DNA of 54,240 nt, the filler included, from Jimgerdemannia flammicorona (lineage: Eukaryota): NCBI GenBank assembly GCA_003990765.1. It is 2 parts of 2 records of this genome, joined end to end, with 100 filler letters (N's around TTAATTAATTAA, not from the genome) between each part and the next. Parts side by side here need not be neighbours in the genome. Positions count along the whole stretch, not along the records: positions 27,173 to 54,240 come from RBNJ01000665.1; 1 more part is not named here. The stretch is one strand, 5' to 3'. Numbering within the stretch: position 1 is the first letter of the stretch; each line of letters opens with the position of its first letter. Positions 36,060-48,549 of the stretch are shown here, piece by piece. The notes beneath the pieces were generated by a model, which worked only from the letters and a program-made list of their open reading frames with translations, was not told the origin of the DNA and ran no database searches. A program made the position numbers and the translations under genes.

Positions 36060-37995
36060 TTCTACTTGAATAAAATATAGCTTATTTTTCTTCAGAAATT
36101 CTTTAAGATCTCTTGAACCTATAAGTATCTCTTCAAGCTACTTTAGATCTATCTGAATATTTTCAGATTTAGTTGCTTTCTTTTAAAGAAATGAAAACTA
36201 TTATACTTAGTAGCAGTAGTGAAGTTATATCTAGAAATCTTATATAAATTCAGAAATTAGTTATAATCAGTTATAAACTCAAAATGAACTATAGAGAATC
36301 AGTCAACTAGCTGTAGTAGGAGATATAGATCTAGAGATATAATTAGATCTAGCAGAAGTAATCATTACTATAGTATATTAGCTTTGATATCTACAAGTAT
36401 AGCTAGAACAATAGAAAATAAAGAATATAGTCTCAGTATATTTTATAATAATATCTGTTAGTTTTATATAAGCTACTCAAACTAGATATCTTTAATAGTT
36501 ACTAGTACTTCAAACAAGCTGATCTGGATTAATCATTATTTTGATTTCCAAATTAGATAATTAAATGTTTATATTAATAACTTGATGAATAATTATCCAA
36601 TTTTGATGATCTTGATGTTATTTGAAAGTTCTCAATAAGGCCTTTCTAATGTTACTAAGAATATTGAAATAGAATTATACATTGCTGAGTTATCAAGGAA
36701 AACATCTGACTTACCAATTTTGAAAATTTTTTCAAAAGAATGTTTTTCTTAATAGCTCAGTAATACATAATCCAATTTTAATATTCTTGATATTATTAGA
36801 AAGACCATATTAAGGGATTTCAAATGATATCAAAGTTATCAAAATTAAATGATTATTTTTCAAGTTATTGATGTAAATATTTAATTGTCTAATTTGGAAA
36901 TCAAAATAATCGTCAATTTGAATTAATCCAGATCAGCTCATTTTCCATCTGAGTTGATCCAGATGAGATTTAATTCAAATCCAATCTAAATCTAATCTAG
37001 ATTAAATTGACTTATTTAGAGCACTAATGGTCACTAAGGAGGACTATCCACTAATATCTGAATATTCTAATTAGACTAATACTTTATTAGAAGAAGATAT
37101 ATAAGTTTAATTTACCACTACTCTTCTCTGAGAAAATACTACTATCTGGTAATATAATCATATCATAATCATATCTAGCTACTGAGAAATAAAAGTAGAA
37201 GATTAGATAGCCTTTAAAGAAGCTCTTCATAAGTAGTTCAAGTCTACTAATAATATTAAACTAGTCAGAGATAGGCTAGTAAACATTAAGTAACTCAAGT
37301 TTGTATAAAGTTATAATATATAATTTTTATTAATTCTCTTGAAGCTATATATCTTATATTACTAAAGATAAGAAAATTAACTATTATATCTGAGACTTAA
37401 AGAGAAATATATAAGTCAAGATTAAACTAGAAGAGCTAAAATATCTTAAAGAAGTTATAAGAATAGCTAATAGATTTGATATTATCACTTATAGTCACTA
37501 CTTTGAACTAGAATACTATAAGAAGAATCACTTTGATAACTATAACAAGAACTAGTCTAAAACTGTGAAACTAGTTCAAATAAACTTAAACTCTATAAAT
37601 AAGAAAAATACTAAACTTATCTTCAAAGAGAAGAAATACCTAAAGAAGTCAGAAGTATATTTCTTCTATTATTAGATAGAATGATTATAATTAAATATTC
37701 TAAGAAAATAAGTAAATCTATAAGACTAGTTACTATATTGTCCAAAAATATACTTATTAATCCTACTATCAGTTAATTAGAACTTAAGATCAAGCTATAC
37801 TTAAAGACCCAGATTTCTCAATATTAATTAAAAGAAATCATTGGTCTTAATCTATATTTAGTCAAATAAGTCACTATTTTTATAAAAGAAAGAACTCTAG
37901 TATCTACTAGAATTGTAATCCAATGTCTAAAGACTATTATATAAGAATTGCACCTAGATTAGGACTTAACATCAATTATTATTTAGATATTAGTA
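36060..37995 (+). mobile_element. Older family B-related copy: partial 5' LTR, PBS, gag and start of dUTPase (truncated)
   Basis: Homologous to the reverse complement of ~32420-33840 (RIANRFDIIT at ~37459; LVSTRIVIQC at ~37897). Very heavily mutated. Confidence 0.85.
36503..37026. mobile_element. hAT-type fold-back MITE, copy 1
   Basis: Ends TAGTACTT...GAGCACTA with a long internal inverted repeat. 8-bp flanks ATAGTTAC / ATGGTCAC differ only by transitions. A single ATGGCCAT occurs at the empty site (~33394-33401, minus). Confidence 0.8.
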
Positions 37996-38938
37996 CTAAG
38001 ATTTACTGCTAAAGTTCAAGTAAAGAACTTTACTACCATTTGAATAGTCTACTGCTTAAGAAATAAGCTGCCATTTTCAAGAAGTCTATTATCTTATCAC
38101 AAAACTAGTCTATTAATATAACTTTACAGTAAACTTGTTCATACAAATGAAGTCAGTCTTAACATAACTTTGCCAAGAACCTACATTCTCAGAGAGCTCT
38201 TAAGGAACCTTGCCATAAGTCAGTCTCTTGATATAACTTCACAGTAAAGCTAGTCTATGACATAATCCTGCCAGTCTTTGATATAACTTATCAAAAATCT
38301 AAGTTATCTATGCCATCCAAGTTATTTCTCAGAACTCTGCTAATTTAGGAAGAATCTATGATATCTGTATCATCCAAGTTATCTAAATATCCACTATCTA
38401 AGTTATTTATCTATTCTCAGTAAGCCTGATTCAGAAGAATCCACACTATCTACTATTTCCAGAAGAGCCAATTCAGGAAGAATCTGCAACATTTAAGAAG
38501 TCTGCTGATTCAGAAGAATCTATACCAAAACTAAGTCATCTGCCAAATTGAGTTATCTACCAAATCTGCATAAGGAACCTATTATACTATACAGAGATTA
38601 TTATGCTATACAGAGAATCATCATACAGAAATCACATAAGAAAACCCACCAAATTACCAGACTATTACTAAGGAGATTACTATACTATACAGAAATTATC
38701 TGTCAATCAAGAAGGAAAAATATACAAATTGTCACTATATTCAGAGATCTATCCTAATAAGGAAATACACAAATTGACTATTGTATCCAGATTGACTATT
38801 ATACTACTAAATACCAATAAGGATACCAGGAATCATAGAATATTTTATTACTTTTAACAAAGTAACTAAGAGCTCAAGCCAAACTACATCAATCTCCAAT
38901 CTTGTAATTTGTCTCCATTGAGCTGGGCATATTACATT

Positions 38939-38955
38939 TGGGGGTTTAACTAGGA
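38939..38955 (+). promoter_or_regulatory. Putative tRNA-Pro primer-binding site of family A (mutated)
   Basis: TGGGGGTTTAACTAGGA two bases after the LTR. It differs from the Pro-type PBS TGGGGGCTCGTCCGGGA almost only by C>T/G>A changes. Confidence 0.55.
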
Positions 38956-41900
38956 AGATTTTAAAATCAACATGACTTTTTAGCTCATAAGAACCCACAG
39001 TCAAACTGGATATATTTGATACAACACCAATCTCTACCACTATAGGAGAACCAGTCATCACCAGTATTTAGACAGGAAGAGAAGTAATTACTTCAAGACT
39101 TACCAACTACCCAGTATTAGAAAGATCTCAACCAGAAGTCAGTATAGCACAGAATCCCCAGCCAGTACCAATAGACTTATTATAGAACCAATCAGACCAA
39201 CCAGATTACACAGGTGACCCTATTGGAAACTTTGAAGAACTTGTACAAGAATTAGAAGATCTTATTATACAAGCCCAGCACCCTGCAGCCAGATACCTCA
39301 TAGAAGTCTCACCAATCTCACCTATTAAACCTTTACTGCCTGCTCTTGCAGAATTGAAAGTAGCTCCTTCAAGAATACTTAGGCTCATTCTACTTTATCT
39401 GAGATCCATAATACTATCCTCAAGATACCCAAGCACCTCCATCTCTAGTAATAGTTTAAAAAGTAAATCAGAGTCAGAATCTGAATCAGAATCTAGACCA
39501 GAACCAGAATCAGAAGAAAGTGATGATAAAATGACCACCCCACTGCCAACTTTTGCAGGATATCCAGAGGAAGATTCTAGAAAATTTCTTAATGGAATCA
39601 AGGGAATCACAGCTCTGAAGAATCTCTCAGATGAAAGGAAAATTGCCATCTATAAGACCCAGCTCAGAGAACCAGCCAGAGGAATTTTCCACCAAGTAGC
39701 AAATAACCCACATTCAGAACTTATAATAGAAATATAAGCAGCAGTATCTTATTAGCTGGAATATATAGCCATAATTTACTAGCTTATCAAAAAATATGCA
39801 GGAAATGAAACCTATTACAAGGCTCAAGAGTCTATTATAGAAATAAAGATAAATCTTAGAGAATTATTCAGAGCCTTCTTCACAAGAATTCAGAAGAGAA
39901 TACATGTAGTTGGATTCAATGCTACCAATAAAAACATCATAAGTCCAATGATCTTCATGAATAGAATTCCCCTGAACATTGTCCAGTATATCTGCACTCT
40001 AGGCATTAGAAGGTCCAAGAAGCAAGTAGATGTAGTCCAAGAATTCTTTGATGTCAGATAAGGAACTATTTGAAGTAATCATGATAAGAAGAATGACAAA
40101 GAACACATCCTGGTCAAAGCTTTTCAAGGACTCCTTCAAGGACAGAAAAGATCTAAAGAAAGAAGATCAGTTAAAGAAGAAAAGAAGGACAGAAGTAAAA
40201 TTTAAGATCTCAGTTCTAAGTTAGACTGATTGATTAGATAGATTGAAAACTTACCATATATGAAAATCAGAGTTATTAATAAGACAATAGAGAATATTCA
40301 CTACAGAGGAACCAAGGTTATCCACCTAGAGATAACAGAAACTATTAGCAAGAAGAAAGAAGATACCCTGTTCAGGATGGAGCTCAAGTTCAATGTTTTT
40401 ACTATAGACAATTTAGATACTATGCCACTGAATATGACAACAAAAGAAGTGACCAAAGGGATTCAGAACCACCAAATTGAAGAAATGAAACCCAGTATAA
40501 GAAGACTGAAGCCTATCCTATCAAAGACTTTGAAGAAGAAAGTAATAGTGAAAACTATAGTGATCTGGACTTATACCCAGCCAAAGTTATCACCTAAAAG
40601 ATAGTTTATCTAGCAGAGAAGAGAAAAAGACCTATAGGAAGGCCATCTAGGAATATCAACAGAAGAATTCAAAAAAAAAGATAAAGAATATGAAGAGGAG
40701 TAAGTAGAAATACCTCTCCAGTCTCCCTCATCTTTTGTTTTTGAAATAAATGAACTGTCTCTAGAAGATAAAAAAATAGAGCAAAAAGAATGAGAACCTG
40801 CTGCCCCAAAGCCCAAAAAGAAGTATACTCTGAAGACTATACCCAGAGATATCTACAATGAAGCCTGGCAGAAGATTCAAAAAGCCAAGATAGAAGTCCC
40901 TCTTCTGCAGTTTCTGCAACTGACACCAGCTAGAGTCTGAAACAAATTGCTAAGGACTACTAGGTCTAGCACTGGCCAAGTCCCAATCCTACAGTAAGAG
41001 CCAGCTCCCACCTCTATCCAGGCTGTAGAGAGATATGTCAACATCTATCTACATAGAGATATTAGAGGACAAAAGGTGAAAATTCTCAAGACATAAGAGT
41101 AGCTGTCTGTATTATTGCCAAATAATTTCTGGACACCCTCTAGTGGCCATTGATGGACTATCCAACCTCAGTATCATGATAGTAGATAGAGCCTATACTC
41201 AACTTCTTGGAGAAGTATAAAACATCACCATCTCTCTCAGACACATTCAGTTCTCTATTCTGAAAGTTATTGTCACTAAGCTATTACCTATGATATAATC
41301 CTTAACACCAACTAGATGAAGGAAATAAATACAGTTGTTAATATCAGTCAATAAGTACTCAAGTTTGACTACTGAGACAAGAAGTATAGGGTTAAAGTGA
41401 TCAGCTCTGAGAAATCAAAGAAGAAGAAGAAGGTCACTATCTAGGAAGAATATACCAGCAGTGAAGATTCTATTATAGAAGAGGAAGAAGAATATGGGAA
41501 TGATTTCAGACTTAATCTCCAAATCAACCTAGTAGATAATAGGCCAGAAGATAATATATGGACCAGAAATACTGTCTCCATCACTATTAGAGCTATTGCA
41601 GAAGAGATCAAAGGATGCTCTACCTACCTCAAGAGACATAAGTATCCCAAGCACTCCTCCAAAATCATTGAAACAAGAAATTTGTCTAGTACAACCTACT
41701 CTGAGTACAGAAGAAAGAAGAAGAAATGCAAACATATTCTAGAGATAGTTGCAGCTAAAGCTGTAGAAGTATAAGTAATTTGGAATTAAGAATCATCTAA
41801 GGAAAAAAAAGCCCCTGAATAGGAGATTCCTAAGCAAGAAGTATCTGAAGAGAAAGAAGTTTCCAAACTCATTCTCTGGGATGACTCTTACTGGATACCA

Positions 41901-42457
41901 CCCAAAGACAATAATCCCTAGAATATTGAGGAAGGATCCAGTATAATCTCCATTATTCTTAAGCAAGAAACTCACTAAGAAAGAGCTTTTTGGCTAGGAA
42001 GATATCTATATCAAATGCTCTTCTACTCTCTCTGAGACTACTGCTATCAGTACTATCTCATAGACTAATAAGAAAGACAGAGACCTTGAAGATTAGAACC
42101 CCCAACCATAGTTGTACAGTCAACCACCTTCCAAGAAGTTACCACCAAGTTGCAATGCTGATTTAATAGATAAGGTCTCTTCATCTGAACAGAAGTATAC
42201 TCCTTGGCTACTCTTTTCTCAACTTATAATCAAGATAGATACTAATTCCTAAGACAATAAGAGATCAATAACCAAGAACAGTATTTCCAAGCAATGGGAT
42301 ACTATAACTATAGAAGATACTCAGACTGCCAAGACTGCAGATATCAGAAGGTCTATCTCAGTCAGAATGTTGCAATCTATATATTGAAGAGAGGAGATAA
42401 CAGAGATTAGATCCAAAAAAGTCAAGCCAAGAAGTCAGAAAGAAGGACTCTTAAGAT

Positions 42458-43014
42458 TAGTGCTCTGAATGAGTCATCTGGATGGGATTTGGATGGAATT
42501 CGAATCCCATCTGGATGGATTCGAATCAACAATTGTTTGATTTCCAAATTAGACAATTAAATGTTTATATCAATAACTCAATGAATAATTATCCAAATTT
42601 GATAATCTTGGTGTCATTTAAAAGCTCTTAATAAGGCCTTTCTAATGATATCAAGAATATTAAAATCAGATCACACATTGCCAAGATATTAAGGAAACTG
42701 TTCCATTTGATGAAATTTCCAAAATTGGCAAATCAAATAATTTCCAAAATTGGCAATTCAGACGTTTTCCTTCATAACTCAGCAACGCATGATCTGATTT
42801 CAATGTTCTTGATATTATTAGATAGGCCTTATTAAGGGCTTTCAAATGACACTAAGATTATCAAATTTGGATAATTATTCATTGAGTTATTGATGTAAAC
42901 ATTTAATTGTCTAATTTGGAAATCAAAACAATCCCATCTGAGTTGATCCAGATAGAATTCAATCCAAATCAATCCAAATTCCATCCAGATTAAATTGACT
43001 CATTAGGAGCACTA
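42458..43014. mobile_element. hAT-type fold-back MITE, copy 2 (557 bp)
   Basis: TIRs TAGTGCTCTGAATGAGTCA / TGACTCATTAGGAGCACTA. 8-bp TSD CTTAAGAT (42450-42457) / CTCAAGAT (43015-43022). The empty site, with a single CTTAAGAT, is at 2231-2238. Confidence 0.9.
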
Positions 43015-43259
43015 CTCAAGATCTATAATTTGAGAGAAGATATCCTAGCTCTCATCAGATATACAATCTACTAAGAATGGGTAGAGAATATCACCAACTT
43101 CATGAAAGCCCTAGACCCTACAGGAAAGAGAGGAATCAACTACCTCTGAGATCTCTCTACTGAAGCCAGATGGCTACACCTCAATCTCAGAATCTGAAGA
43201 CTTCCTGCCAGTAGAGCTTCAGCCCAAGGACAGTCTGAACTCAGTAAGAATATTATCCA

Positions 43260-43665
43260 GTATACTCTGCTATATCCCAAGACCAAACCCCCAACCAAAG
43301 CTTATCAAGAAGATATATAGTATGATCTTTACAGTCTGGAGGATAAACCTATCAAGTTTGGAATAACACTGATGTTCAGAACTAGACTAGCTATACAGTT
43401 ACCCTAAGGAACTTATATCTAACTAACCTCAAGGTCTGGGCTTATCAGATAAGGAATAACTATAGAAGAAAGAATTATTAATCCAGAATACATATACAGG
43501 TAAAATCAAGATCATTCTGCACAATAGTAGTACAGAATGATATCAAATCACTAGAGAACAGAAGATTGCCCAAGTAGTCTTCATGAAAGTCAAGATCTCA
43601 CAATTATAAGAAGTCTCTAAATTGACTAAAGAAACCAGACAAACTGAAAGATTTAGAAGCTCAGT
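43260..43665 (+). pseudogene. dut: dUTPase domain relic in family A copy 3
   Basis: LP*GTYI*LTSRSGLIR*GITIEERIINPEY...EQKIAQVVF...ETRQTERFRSS (motifs 2-5). Boundaries approximate. Confidence 0.8.
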
Positions 43666-46600
43666 CAAAAAGGAAGTACATCTCCTTCAGGTCAATTATC
43701 TCAAGAGAAATGTCCCCCAGTAAGTATACTACTAACCAGTCAAACTGTATAAGAATCTCATCCTGGAGCCTAGAGAACAAACCACCTCCAAAATCTTTAT
43801 ACCACTTAATTTCAGAAATCTCTTCTTTAAACCCAATGAAGATATCCTGAATCTGGATATAGAAGGATATATATTCTCTGACAAAATGAATCCAGTACAC
43901 TCCCAAGCAACTAATCAAAGTTAGAAGAGCATTATCTTGCCAAAAGGAATCATTATAGGATATCTGGTGCCTTTTTTTAACCAAACTTACAGAGAAGTTT
44001 ATAAACTAAACTTATCAGAAAACTGCATAAGGTCCTAGAAGAAAGGAAAGGCCCCTCTGTGACCCAGGAGACAGTGATACCTTCTACCAATATTGGAGAA
44101 GAATTGACACCCCAGCAATAGCAACAACTAGTAGAACTCCTTAACAAATATTGAGATATCTTTACTACTGATTATAGTAATCTGCCATACAACCCATCAT
44201 ACTACTATAGCATAAATATAAGAAATATAATATATACCTATTTAGCAGAAACTCTATAGAATACTCTATTATCTAAAGACATTTGAAAAGGAGCACATTT
44301 AAGAACTCTTAGACAATAAAGTCATCTAACCCTCTACTAGTCCTTGGGCCAGCTCTATACTTATTGTACCAAAGATAGGAGGATGGAGACTCTATATAGA
44401 CTACAGGAACCTCAATTCAGTTACTGAAAAGAATACTTATCCTTTGCTTAGAATTTATGACCTTTTGGATTAGTTATAAGATACCAAATACTTCAGCAGT
44501 ATAGACCTTTTCACAGAATTCTATAAGATCCCCATAGACCCAAAAGACATTCAGAATATAGCCTTCCTTATTCTAGAAAAACTGTTTGAGTATCTCTAAA
44601 TATCTTTTGAACTTTGCAATACACCTCTTATCTTCTAGAGAATGATAAATTCAGTCTATATCCCTCTGATCTACTACTGTCTAATTGTATATATAGATAA
44701 CTCTAACATCTATTCAGTAAATTTTGAGAAATATCTGTATTATCTAGAGGAATTCTTCAAGCTTACTCACAAGAACCACCTGAGACTCAATGCCAAGAAA
44801 TACTACTTTGGGAAACAGAAACTTGAATTTCTTGAATTCATAATTTCAAAAGAAAGAACTCATATAGATCTAAAGAAACCTGAGAAGATCAATAATTGAC
44901 CAGTATCCAAGACCTCAAAGAAAATACTATTCTTCCTGATACTAGTATCCTATTACAGAAGATTTATTAAAGACTTTACTCAAATCACTACTCTAATTCA
45001 AATCCTTCTCAAGAAAGAAGTATCTTACAAATAGACAGAATCACAAGAACTAGCCTTCAAGGAACTCAAGTATCATATGACCATAGCACCAATCCTTGTC
45101 TACTCTAATTTACAGAAGTCATTCATCTTATATACAGATGCTTCCAAAGATGGCCTAGGAGCAGTTCTAGCCCAAGAAAAATCTGACCAACAATATCATA
45201 TAATAGCTTATATAAGCTGAGCTATCAATCAGCAGCAGATAAACTATGGTAGCATCAAATTGAAGTATCTTATAGTTATATAGATAGTTACCTTACAAGT
45301 ATTATCTCATCAGAAAAAGATTTACTCTGATAACTGATTATATAGCTCTCAAATGGCTATTAAACTATAAGAAACCTATTAAAATCCTAGCCTGATGGAT
45401 TCTTATCCTTTAGGATTACAAAATCACCATTATCTATAAAGTAGAGAAAGCTTATAACAATGTTGATATACTTTCCTGCCAATCCCAATGAACTAGAAAA
45501 AGGGGATACCAAGAAACTATACCCTAAAGGAAGCTCTTCAGACTATTAAGATACAAGAAGATCTTATCTGAAAAGAACATCAGAAAGCCCACCAAGGACA
45601 GGTAAATATAGAAGAAAAGCTATAAATAATATACCAACATTGGCTCAATCTCAGAATACAAGTCTGAGACATACTTAAGAAATATGATATTTACTAGAAG
45701 TATTAAGGAAAGAAGAACTACCAAGCACTACTACAACCAATCATACTATTAGACAACATCTTTCAGAAATGGGAAGTAGACATAATTAGACCCCTACTAG
45801 TTATACTAAGAAGAAATAAGTATATTCTTATATTTGTAGAATATCTGACTAAGTGGCCTGAGACTTTCTCAATATAAATCACAGATGTCTTGACCATTAT
45901 AGGCCTTCTTCATAGACTCACACTCAGATATGGACTTCCAGAAAACTTATCTCTAGCCAAGACACAGAATTCATCAATAATATAATCACAAGTTATACCT
46001 AAATTTATAAGATCTACCTCAAATAAACTGTATTATACTACCCTCAGACTAATAGCATGATAGAAAGAATAAACCAGACCATCAAGAAAGAACTAACCCA
46101 AGTCAATCCTACTAACTAGGACCTCTGCTTATCTGAGATCCTATGGGAAATTTAGAACACCCCTACTACCTCTACTAAACAAAAGTCCTTCAAAATAATA
46201 TTTGCTAAGAAAACTAGAACTACTGATCATGAGAACTTTGGAGACCTCTTTAAGAAGGCAGAATAGTTACATAATCAAGCCTAAGTTCAGATTATCAAAG
46301 CTTAAGAAAGATAAAAGAAGTACCAGAAACAGAAGGATCAGAAGATTAAGATTGGAGACTAAGTATTAGTTTGGAGAAGCATAATTGAAACCAACTTTGC
46401 TACCAAACTGGAGCCCAAATGAGAAGGACCTTATCTTGTACACAATATCCAAAGAACTAGCATCTATTTAAGAAGTATAGATGGATGAATCCTGAGAACA
46501 CCAGTATATATCAATTGTCTCAAGATACATATATCTCTATACTATAAATCAGAGAATTGACAACTGCCTCTAGACTCTTATCTTCAGTTCCTTCCAAGCT

Positions 46601-46829
46601 CTACCAGTTCTCCTACTATAGTTCTAAGAACCCAATAGAACATATCTTCAAAGAATCTGAGTTCATTAAGAAAACCTCACCCTGGCTGAAAGATTACTTT
46701 AGATCTACAAGCTGTAAGCCTACTATACAATTGGGAAACAGTTGTAGAATCTTTCTCTCCCAGAGTTGGCCTATGTCTGCAATACTACTGGCCTGAACAG
46801 AAAAAATACCACTGCTGTAGAAAGACTAT

Positions 46830-47269
46830 TGTCATATAGTGGTCGCTGAGTCCTTCAAATATGCCAGATTCTCTTCAAGATATATCTCTTAGACTAACTC
46901 AAGTTTGTTATAAGCAAGTTCTTATTGGAGTGCCTTCCCAAGGTCTTATAGTCCTCAAACTTCTTATCTTTAACTGTCTTGTTATCTCTTAGATTGCTTG
47001 CAAGGAAGTGTGTATATTGCACTGAGAAAACTAACTTTATTTCAGAGGAAATAAGAGAGATATTTATACAAAATATAATTCAATGGTTGCTAAGATATAA
47101 AGCTAAATATAAATTCCAATAACTAAAACTACTAAGTTCCAGGGCTGGCATTATTTAGTGTCATATCAAAATACTGGTGCTGGAACAATTTTGCATCACC
47201 TCAGAATGCTGGTGCTGGCATTATCCAGTACTACATGAGAATACCAGTGCTGGCATTATCTAGTGTAAC
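46830..47269 (-). repeat. LTR-like segment of an unidentified element interrupting family A copy 3
   Basis: Starts TGTCA where family A homology stops and has TGTAACA at 47263-47269. Minus-strand TATA-like and AATAAA motifs at ~47036-47068. Four spaced GCTGG-core repeats (three read GCTGGCATTAT) at 47140-47265. Confidence 0.45.
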
Positions 47270-47276
47270 AAAGAAC

Positions 47277-48080
47277 TTAGAGCAGAAAGTTCAGGATTAT
47301 GGGGGCTTCATCATCATCATCACTGAAGGAGATGAGATCTGTGAATTCATCGTTTTCATGTACTTCAATATTATGTGTGATGACATCATCGATGATGTCA
47401 TCACATTCAGCTGTGGCAGGGAAATCGGGGACAAGGTCTGGAGCTCTCCAGTCTATGAGGTTCTCTTCCACAAAATAAGGAACAAATGTGGGGTCTTGGG
47501 GAGATCTAACTCAGATACTTGGGCCTTGGAATACTGAGATCAATTCTTGCAGGAATTGATCTGGGTTGTCCTGAAGGATAGGGTACCAGAAGTCTTCTAC
47601 TTCTTCACTATTGAGAGTGATAGTGGACTGGGCTTCTGTAGCCACCCTGGCTTCTAGTGCATTAATATGGCAAGATAATAGGTCTCTGAAATCTGAGACT
47701 CTAACATACTCCAAGTTGAGGATCGACTATAGTACATGCCTGAAGATCTGATGGATCTTCCTAGCTGTCCTTGTTTCGCGTATATCCATGGGAGTGGCAT
47801 CTTGTAGCTCTTGGGTGCTGGCCTGTGGGAACTCCTGGCAGAGGAGGTTTCCTATTTCGTACTCCTGCCACATTTGGAGGCATTCAGTAGCAATGGTGAT
47901 CCTTGTTTCCATTTTGCAGTGGTAGAGGATAAAGTGATAAGGGTCTGCAGTACCCAGGTTGACACTAGGAGTCCTTCTTGAGCAGGTCCTCATGGCTCTT
48001 CTGATGTCTTGGAATATCCTTTCCTCGACCAAGATATCTTGGTGATTCCTTGACCTTGAGGTTTGGCGGACAGCAGGCAT
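47277..48080 (-). pseudogene. Disrupted orphan ORF (~267 codons, acidic C-terminus)
   Basis: Track ORFs 47727-48080, 47511-47714 and 47277-47471 share one frame and are separated by single stop codons. The ATG has an AAAATG context. Confidence 0.65.
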
Positions 48081-48549
48081 TTTGTTTGTGGTAAGTCTTT
48101 GAGCTATTTTGGAATTAGTGGTTCTTGTTGGTTACTGCTACTGTGGTTCCTTGATCCTTCTTTTATATTCTTCAGGATGCTCATGCTGTGGTCACAATGA
48201 CTCACAGTTAGTTATCATTGCTCATCTCATATGCCATATGATCTTCTTGTACTCCAATCTGGTGGCTTATAAGAAAAGGCTGTCTCCTGTGCTGATGTCA
48301 TCATTCTGGGATCACTGTTACATCTTCCTCCTGAATAAGGATCTTCCTGAGCATCCTTATTCATTGGTCCAGTTCTGAAAAATTTGCTGATCCCATAACC
48401 TCTGGCAAGGGGTCGAAAACTGATGTTTATGAGCTGGCATCTTCCCTTTGTATTTTGGCATGATGGTGAAGGGTCGCTCCACAATTCGTGTTACACAAAA
48501 ACTTCAAGCAACGGTTTTCGACACAACTAGGAGAAAAGGTACTATTAAG

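Larger units (their letters stand above)
37996..46829 (+). mobile_element. Family A Gypsy copy 3 (truncated 5' LTR, PBS, gag, PR, dUTPase, RT, RH, INT, start of extra ORF)
   Basis: LTR ends ATTACA at 38936. gag MTTPLPTFAGYPEEDSRKFL at 39531. RT ORF 44642-44899 (VYIDNSNIY). Integrase VDIIRPL ~45775 and LEPK*EGPY ~46408. Collinear with copy 1. Confidence 0.9.
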
